NCBI GenBank assembly: GCA_002269645.1
Contig: NIVC01002341.1
Span: 118,156 to 182,155 of the forward strand
Source: Macrostomum lignano
Lineage: Eukaryota
Length of the DNA stretch: 64,000 nucleotides
Reading direction: 5' to 3'
Below are positions 55,550 to 64,000 of the stretch, in pieces. Position 1 is the stretch's first letter; each line of letters starts with the position of its first letter. The notes beneath the pieces were generated by a model. That model was not told where the DNA came from and made no database searches. It saw nothing but the letters and a program-made list of their open reading frames with translations. The position numbers were made by a program, and so were the translations under genes.

Positions 55550-56140
55550 ATGAGCAAGGTGAAGCACGCCGGACACAAGGGCATCGAGATCTGCGTCAGC
55601 TGGCAGCATGCCAAAGACGGTGACATCCCGCCAAATGCTGTCGAGGCTGCTCCGGGCTGCTACGTTGTCAGAGCCAAGCTGGACGGCCTCTGGGTGCCGG
55701 GCCAGCTGTCTCATGGCTGCACGGCTGCCAGCGTGCCCAATTGGGGTACAGAGCACTCCATCCCGGAGTACGAGGTGCTGGTCCGCTCCGACATCGGCTG
55801 CTACGGCAGCGGCTTCAAGTGGGTGAAGGAGGAGGGCGGCGACGTACCGAAGAAGGCGCTGGTGGCCGGTCGAGAGAAGAACGCCGAGCCGCTGTACATC
55901 GCTCGTGGCGAGGTATGAAAATAAACTGGCTATTTTGAGCAAATTAAGCAAACACCTTGAACTGCAACAGCCAGATACAGTTATTGTGTTCAACACTGCT
56001 GCTTTTCTTTAATCTCCATGAAGGTTTACGGCTCCGTGTGCGTGGGCAAGGTGCACAAGAGCCACCGCTGCGCCTACTTTCCATACGGGGGAACCGAGCT
56101 CAAGAGCAAGGCATACGAGGTTCTGGTGCTGGGAGACTGA
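55550..56140 (+). CDS. DM9-repeat (DUF3421) protein, 159 aa, two DM9 repeats, lectin-like; copy 4, the only intact ORF
   Basis: Model join(55550..55912,56024..56140). Repeats are SWQHAKDGDIPPNAVEAAPGCYVVRA..VPGQL..EYEVLV and FKWVKEEGGDVPKKALVAGREKNAEPLYIARGEVYGSVCVGKVHKSHRCAYFPYGGTE..YEVLV. No signal peptide. Confidence 0.85.
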
Positions 56141-56689
56141 GAACTTTGCGAACACTGCCATGCTTGTCTATAGCGCAATGACTGTCGAGACCGCGTGAGA
56201 ATAAGAATCCAAAGTCATGCGTGTTTCTATCGTGTTCAAAAGTGGAGCATTATGTACCTGTGAAATAACATATTTTATCACTACTTTTGTTAAGCACCAA
56301 TGACACATACTGTTGCTGATATAAACGAAAATATTTTATTGTATTTTTGACTGTCACCGTTTTTTTTTAAATCGATTAGTTATAGATTAACAATAAAATG
56401 TACTGTAGAGCCAGGTGTTTACCTTGTTTGAGTAGACTTGCGAATTATCGTTAATAGAGGTTTAATGGTTACTTGATCAATTTACTGATAAAACATTTAC
56501 TGGACTACTGTGAGTAGCTGCTGTGGATATTTATTGGTATATTGCAATTTAGTATAATTTTGTTTGAAATTTCCGGATAAAATAAATTTTGAATATCAAA
56601 TCAACCATTGGTAAATTATTTAGGCTTCAGGCTTTGTTAATAAACGATTTTATTGATTTTCTTTACCACGTAAAAAATGCTAGGTGGGT

Positions 56690-57315
56690 TCTGAAATGGG
56701 TGCCTGCAGCACTAAAATGAGTGCCTGCGGCGCTAAAATGAGTGCCTGCGGCGCTGAAATGAGTGCCTGCGGCGCTAAAATGAGTGCCTGCGGCGCTAAA
56801 ATGAGTGCCTGTGGTGCTAAAATGAGTGCCTGCGGCGCTAAAATGAGTGCCTGCGGCGCTAAAATGAGTGCCTGTGGTGCTAAAATGAGTGCCTGCGGCG
56901 CTAAAATGAGTGCCTGCGGCGCTAACATGAGTGCCTGCGGTACTAAAATGAGTGCCTGCGGCGCTAAAATGAGTGCCTGTGGCGCTAAAATGAGTGCCTG
57001 CGGTACTAAAATGAGTGCCTGCGGCGCTAAAATGAGTGCCTGCGGCGCTAAAATGAGTGCCTGCGGTACTAAAATGAGTGCCTGCGCGCTGAAATGAGTG
57101 CCTGCGGCGCTGAAATGAGTGCCTGTGACGCTAAAATGAGTGCCTGCGGAGCTAAAATGAGTGCCTGCGGCGCTGAAATGAGTGCCTGCGGAGCTAAAAT
57201 GAGTGCCTGCGGCGCTAATGAAGCGCTGACAAAACCCATTCTAAAAATTATGTACAAGTACATGTATAATTCTTGGCTTTGTCCCCTCACCATAAAATCC
57301 TTGGCAATGCCCCTG
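56690..57315. mobile_element. Truncated hAT-like MITE copy with 21-bp array (unit B paralog of 42420-43000)
   Basis: Same array and right TIR at 57302-57315. Confidence 0.65.
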
Positions 57316-57431
57316 TGTACAATAGTACAACCAGTGAACGCCAGTGAATTATACCGTTCCCCGCGCGGGATGCCAGTTGCGTAACTACTTGCAGTTGGCT
57401 CACTAGATCAGAATGGATAATTTTTAATTTC

Positions 57432-57735
57432 CAACAGTGTGATATTTAATTACACTTGCCCTAATGGCCAGATGTGCAACCGACAGCTCTGCCGCAGCTA
57501 TTGCGCGGCGCATCTGAAGGCTGCGTACGGCTGTTCAGTCCAAGGACTGGGGGGGTCGCCACACACCCTCAGTTACCCCAGCTAATGCTGGCACCCATTT
57601 TACAGCTGGGTGAACTGAAGCAAAGCAGAGTTACGTGTAAGTGTCTTGCCCAAGGACACAAATTATTCCAAGTGGGATCGAGAATCGAACTCCCGACCTT
57701 TCGACCCTCTAACTACTATAGGCTACAACTGCCTC
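57432..57735 (-). mobile_element. CORE-type tRNA-derived SINE with complete head
   Basis: The minus strand shows an A-box-like tagcctatagtagttagag, B-box gagttcgattc, CORE-like tgtgtccttgggcaagacactta and ctgtaaaatggg. Confidence 0.68.
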
Positions 57736-58429
57736 AGCAGCAGCTGAGGGAACTGGGGTGAGGATGGGATGCTGATATTTTAGGCGAGACAGCTAGCTTT
57801 CAGGGATGCATTTTTGCTTAAACACTTTTTTTCTTAGAATACTAACAATTGGGACTGTACAAGGTCAAAACCTTACATGGAGTTAATTCGAAAAAAAACT
57901 ACTCCTTGCTCCTGATTGCTAGTTTCCCTCTAACAAGTTCATAGAAAATTGGTGAATGCTTTCCATCATTTCCGAGACAATTTTCCAATTACAAGACTTG
58001 CAGAGCGCGCCAATTATGAAAAAGATACACAGTGGAATCACCCTTTTCCTTTATGACGACTCGCCCCTTCTGACAATTCTTAGCCCACAGAGGCGGAGCA
58101 GTGGCAGATGCCACCCTTAGAAAGCCCTTTTTGGTTGCATGAGCAAAGAGGCAGACAGAAACAGCAAAAGTGGCCAATTTTGAGTTTTCAGATTTTTTCC
58201 AAGCAAAATAAAAGGCCCTTTCCAGCCTCCTTGAATTGCCTGCATTCAAGAAAAAGCAGAATTTCTGCAACCCACATCCAGATGTTGCCACTTCTGCCTT
58301 TTGCCTGGATCCCAGCGTGCGTTTATCCCATGAAATTGGGCCATTATTAGCGGGGTACCGATTACTAGGTGGTTACTTCGGGCGCAGCTTTCAACGTACT
58401 GGAGAATCCAAGCAGTTTGCAATCACTAC

Positions 58430-60210
58430 AGGGATGAGAATGGATGGATCTCATGGATACATAGGGATAAAACTGGATCTCACGGGGATAAAAACTAGAT
58501 ATCATGGGGATAAATCTCATAAGGATGAAAATGTATTTCATAGGGATTAAAATCGATCTCAGGGATGAAAATGGATCTCATAGGGATAAAAATGGATCTC
58601 ATAGGGATAAAACTGCACCTCATTGGGATAAACTAGATCTCATGGGGATAAAAACTAGAAATCATGGGGGAATAAATCTCATAGGGATGAAAATGGATCT
58701 CAGGGATTAAAATAGATCTCATTGGAATTAAACTGGGTCTCATGGGGATAAAACGGGATATGATGAGGATAATTATGGATCTTATAGGGATAAATATGAA
58801 TCTAATAGGGACAAAATGGATGCCTTAAGCGATAAAAATCGATCTAATAAGGAAAAAAGTATTATAGAGATAAAAACGGCTATTATAGGGATAAAATGGT
58901 TCTCATTGGGATAAAAATGGATCTCATAAGGATAAAAATGGATCTCATAAGGAACAAAAATAGATCTCAAAGTGATAAAACTGGATCTCACATGGATAAG
59001 AATGTAAGAATGGATGGATCTCAGGGATCTCATTGGGAGAAAATTGGATCTCATAGAGATAAAACTGGATCTCATAGCGATAAAACTGAATCTCATAGGG
59101 ATAAAACTGAATCTCATAGGGATAAAAATGGATCTCATAAGGATAAAAATATATCTCATAAGGAACAAAAATAGATCTCATAGTGATAAAACTGGATCTC
59201 ACATGGATAAGAATGGATGGATCTCAGGGATCTCATAGGGATAAAACTGGATCTCATAGGGATAAAACTGGATCTCATAGGGATAAAACTGGATCTCAAA
59301 AGGACAAAAATGGATCTCATAGGGATAAAACTAGATCTCACATATATAAGAATGGATGGATTTCATGGATCGCATTGGGATAAAACGGGATCTCATAGGG
59401 ATAAAACTGAATCTCATAGTAATTAAACTGGGTCTCATGGGGATAAAACGGGATCTCATGAGGATAATTATGGATCTTATAGGGATAAATATGAATCTCA
59501 TAGGGACGAAATTGATGTCTTAGCGATAAAAATCTATCTAAAAGGGAAAAAATCTTATAGGGATAAAATGAATCTCATAGGGATAAAAATGGATCTCATA
59601 AGGACGAAAATAGATCTCAAAGTGATAAAACTGGATCTCACATGGATAAGAATGGATGGATCTCAGGGATCTCGTAGGGATAAATATGGATCTCATAATG
59701 ATAAAACTAGATTTCATTGGGATGAAACTGGATCTCATTGGGATGAAAATGGATCTCATTGGGATAAAATTAAATCTCATTGGGATAAAAATGGATCTCA
59801 TTGGGATAAAATTAAATCTCATTGGGATAAAAATGGATCTCATTGGGATAAAAATGGATCTCATAGGAAGGTCTCATAGGGGTAGAACTACTGTAGATGT
59901 CACAGGGATAAGAATGGATTGATCTCATAGATCTCATTGAGATAAAACTGGATCTCATAGGTTTAAAACTGGATCTCACAGGTTTAAAACTGGATCCCAC
60001 AGGAATAAAGATGAATCTCATAGGGATTACAGTGGATCTCACAGGGATAAAGTTGAATCTCATAGGAATAAAACGATCTCATTGGGATAAAACTGGATCG
60101 CATAGTGATACAACTGGATCTCATGGGGATACAACTGGATCTCATGGGATACAACTGGATCTCATGGGGATACAACTGGATCTCATGGGATACAACTGGG
60201 TCTAATTGGG
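58430..60210. repeat. Degenerate ~21-bp satellite (ggatctcatagggataaaact)n with higher-order blocks
   Basis: Direct inspection; the marker ataagaatggatgga recurs. Confidence 0.9.
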
Positions 60211-60671
60211 ATATGAGACAGTTCCAGTTTTTTTGCTTTAAACCCTAGCCGAGTTTTCGAGCAAAGCACCTCTCTTTCCCATCTTTGTGAGTCAAACTCA
60301 AAATCGATCCGATCCCTTTTTCCTGCACAGCACCTACGCCTAGGCTGGGGTCTCCTATGCTTGCTCTCCTCCTGAGATGGAAGCCTTGGTTGCTCCTCAC
60401 CTCTTGGCGTGCGGAGTCGCGTGAATCATCGCTGAGGAAAGAAGAGTTGAGGGGGTGCATGGGCAAGGCCAGCTACATGTGGGTCCGTCCGTCTGACCCT
60501 GAACCCCGCAGCCCCCCATGCTCTGCATGAGTAAATTGTATATGGTATATATGTAGGCCGAAGCATACTGTACATCGGGTATACAAAGATATAGTGAAGC
60601 CACAAGAAAAGAAAATCGTTGAGGCGCCAGAAACCTGTGTGTTTATTGAGGCGCCTAAAAGGCTTTAGTTT

Positions 60672-61378
60672 AAGGTGGCGCCAAGTGACTGTATAGTTTA
60701 ATAAGTGGTGGCGCCAAGTGACTGTATAGTTTAATAAGTGGTGGCGCCAAGTGACTGTAGGTTAATGTGCCGCCAAGTGACTGTAGGTTAATGTGGCGCC
60801 AAGTGACTGTAGGTTAATGTGCCGCCAAGTGACTGTAGGTTAATGTGGCGCCAAGTGACTGTAGGTTAATGTGCCGCCAAGTGACTGTAGGTTAATGTGG
60901 CGCCAAGTGACTGTAGGTTTATGTGGCGCCAAGTGACTGTAGGTTAATGTGGCGCCAAGTGACTGTAGGTTAATGTGGCGCCAGTGACTGATGTAGCGCC
61001 AAGTGACTGTAGGTTAATGTGACACAAGTGACTGTAGGTTAATGTGGCACAAGTGACTGTAGGTTAATGTGGCGCCAAGTGACTGTAGGTTTATGTGGCC
61101 GCCAAGTGACTGTAGGTTAATGTGGCGCCAAGTGACTGTAGGTTAATGTGGCGCCAGTGACTGATGTAGCGCCAAGTGACTGTAGGTTAATGTGACACCA
61201 AGTGACTGTAGGTTAATGTGGCACAAGTGACTGTAGGTTAATGTGGCGCCAAGTGACTGATGTGGCGCCAAGTGACTGTAGGTTAATGTGCCGCCAAGTG
61301 ACTGCAGGTTAATGTGGCACCAAGTGACTGTAGGTTAATGTGCGCACCAAGTGACTGTAGGTTAAATGTGGCTCCAGA
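60672..61378. repeat. 26-bp minisatellite (gtggcgccaagtgactgtaggttaat)n
   Basis: Direct inspection. Confidence 0.93.
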
Positions 61379-61694
61379 AATTGTTGTTTTCTATTGGTTT
61401 TGAAGTTCAATTCTGTGAATTTCATTAGCCAATGTCACCAGTGTGACATTATAGTTTTGGATAAACCTTGGTCAAATAAAGAGCATTCGTGGCCTCGATT
61501 TTGTATCAAATATTTATGCCTGGCATCTGAAATCAGGGCTGGAATTTTTGCACGGGTAGTTTCTGGGTTGCAGGTTTAAAATCGGGAACACCAGCAACTT
61601 TTAATGTGATGTTCGTTTCCATTTTGTTTTTTACCTGTTCACTGCCTTCTTTTTCTCCATTTGCTGTTTTCAACCCTGTCAAGTCGCCTGTCTT

Positions 61695-62725
61695 CTCCTC
61701 TGTCACAGGTCACTGTGCTCTGTCTTCTCTGTCACATGTCACTGTCTCTCCTCTGTTCACATGTCACTGCTCTCCTCCTCTGTCACAGGCTCACTGTCTC
61801 TCCTCTGTCACACGCCGTCACTGTCTCTCCTCTGTCACAGGCTGTCTCTCCTCTGTCACAGGTCTCGCTGCTTCTCCTCTGTCACAGCGTCTCACTGTCA
61901 GTCTCTCCTCTGTCACAGGTCACTGTTTCTTGTCTCCTCTGTCACATGTCACTGTCTCTCCTTTGTCACAGATCACTGTCTCTCCTCTGTCACAGATCCA
62001 CTGTCTCTTCCTATTGTCACAAATCACTGTCTCTCCTCTGTCACAGAGCCACTGTCTCTCCTCTGTCACATGTCCTGTCTTCCTTCTGTCACATGTCACT
62101 GTCTTCCTTTGTCACAGTTCACTATCTCTCCTCTGTCACAGATCACTGTCTCTCCTCTGTCACATGTCACTGTCTCTCCTCGTCACAGTCACTGTCTTCT
62201 CCTCTGTCACAGGGTCACTGTCTATCCTGTGTCACAGGTCACTGTCTCTCCTCCGTCACAGGTCACTGTCTCTCCTCTGTCACAGGTCACAATCTCTCCT
62301 CTGTCACAGGTCACTGTCTTTCCTCTGTCACAGGTCACTGTCTATCCTCTGTCACAGGTCACTGTCTATCCTCTGTCACAGGTCACTGTCTATCCTCTGT
62401 CACAGGTCACAATCTCTCTTCTGTCACAGGTCACTGTCTCTCCTCTGTCACCGGTCACTGTCGCTCTTCCGTCACAGGTCACTGTCTCTCCTCTGTCACA
62501 GGTCACTATCTCTCCTCTATCACAGGTCACTGTCTCTCCTCTGTCACAGATCACAATCTCTCTTCTGTCACAGGTCACTGTCTCTCTCTCTGTCACCGGT
62601 CACTGTCGCTCTTCCGTCACAGGTCACTGTCTCTCCTCTGTCACAGGTCACTATCTCTCCTCTATCACAGGTCACTGTCTCTCCTCTGTCACAGATCACT
62701 GTCTCTCTGTCACAGGTCACTGTCG
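61695..62725. repeat. 24-bp minisatellite (ctctgtcacaggtcactgtctctc)n
   Basis: Direct inspection; explains the ORFs at 61606-62751. Confidence 0.93.
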
Positions 62726-64000
62726 CAGCTGCTAACTTAGCTTTAAGCTAACTATGGTTCAGTTTTGACTCTCAGAGCCTGAAACAGATGTCTGCATTAC
62801 ATTCTATTCCTTTGATACACTCCGTGCTTCTCTTGGTCCGCAAAACATTTTCAGGTTTCTTCGAATGCCAAAGCACAGGCAAAGTAAGTTAGCAACGTCT
62901 TGTATATGCGAGTTACTGGATTATCTGGATTAATAACCAGCGTTAGTACTACATGTATAATAGGTTTAGGACTTTAGCTTTAGGTTGTCTCTGTCTAGCA
63001 GCAGCAGAAGCAACGGCTAAAACTGAGTATTTTACCTCGCTCTCTTAATGGTTCCCACAACCAGCACAACTAAAACCTTTATTAAAACCCAGCAAGCTTT
63101 AGTTCTATATATCCACCTCCCACTCCCAGTAAAACCCACCCGGCACAGTCTTTCCGGTCCCAACATTTCTAAAAACAGTAGTGAGTGTCGTTTAATATCG
63201 CCATTTTTCTTCTCTCTCTCTTTGTATAAAGCTGCATATGCATAAAGTGAAGCGGAGGCCCTGCTTGTGTGCAATGTTGGGTTAGTATTGTGTGGGGTTG
63301 GGTTATAGAATGTAGTGTTTGTATGGCCTGCTTCAGTAGGGGGAGGTTAGCTGTAGGTTCAGATCTATTTGCTTTCTAGACTACTGCAAGGGCAAAACGG
63401 ACGGCAAGGCGGGAGGGCAGTTGTAGGAGGACAAAGCTTTGGGTCAAATACCCACCCCCAGCGCCAGCCAACCGCCCTGCTCCCCCCGCCCGGGTTTTAC
63501 GCCCCCAACGGCACATTGTACGGCCGGCCCAAGTGTACAGGGGCAACCCCCGCGCGCCCCCCTATCCAATCTACAGAGTCTTTCCTTATCGGAAAGCCCC
63601 CCACACAGCCAACCCCCTCCCTCCGCGACCCCGACCCAAAACACGAGGGGAGAGGAGAGAGGCCGGGCCGTCCCTATAAGGTAAAGGCAAGGCTGGCTAA
63701 AACTATAAAACATTTTGGGTGCTTCTCTCTAATACCATACCATATAGGACTGAGTGCTGTTTTCCGCCCTGCCTTCTACCTAAAAACTGTTTATTCTATT
63801 TCCTATTCAATAATATAAATAATTGTTACTACTACTACTAAAGAAATCAGTTGAATTTAACAAAGTCGATCTTCAGGTCATGATACCGCAGCGCATTTTA
63901 TATTCAAACGCCTAGCAGCGGCGTTATTGGTGAGTTATTTAGACCCTATTTTATTTAGAAATTATTTTAATTTTTTAAATTAAATTGTTAATATTTTATT

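Larger units (their letters stand above)
43397..57707 (+). repeat. Segmental tandem duplication, unit B (interrupted by the 7.9-kb Helitron-like insert)
   Basis: 43397-44585 matches 37483-38668 and 52520-57707 matches 38669-43396. Confidence 0.9.

Noticed and set aside
57989-58430. LDVGC and WKGPF peptides suggesting a methyltransferase or integrase relic
   Set aside because: Isolated short motifs split by stops, with no supporting context.
61394-61579. DIIVLDKPWSNK resembling the MT-A70/METTL4 DPPW motif
   Set aside because: The catalytic motif is not intact (DKPW) and there is no colinear flanking similarity; likely chance.

Overview
Eukaryotic (metazoan) genomic DNA with spliceosomal GT-AG introns, GC-richer exons and introns largely filled by minisatellites. 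The style and the TTAGGG motif suggest a free-living flatworm such as Macrostomum, but this is inference only. 1-35 kb holds six spliced genes: a GT92-family glycosyltransferase (+), an astacin metalloprotease (-), WDR54 (-), RNASEH1 (-), an ANKRD6/Diego-like ankyrin protein (-) and LEO1 (-). Their introns and spacers contain a hAT-like MITE, a piggyBac transposase relic, a SINE head and two foldback elements. 37.5-57.7 kb is a tandem duplication of a ~5.9-kb unit, and each unit carries a head-to-head inverted pair of DM9-repeat (DUF3421) genes. Each of the four DM9 copies has a different defect: a UGA shared by two copies, frameshifts, or loss of the TATA box. The second unit is interrupted by a 7.9-kb non-autonomous Helitron-like concatemer whose empty site survives in the first unit. 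This insert carries two different 23-bp satellites, a tRNA-like module and TTAGGG repeats. 57.7-64 kb is mostly satellite arrays with short unique islands that I could not assign. All coordinates and alignments were done by eye; no database searches were run.
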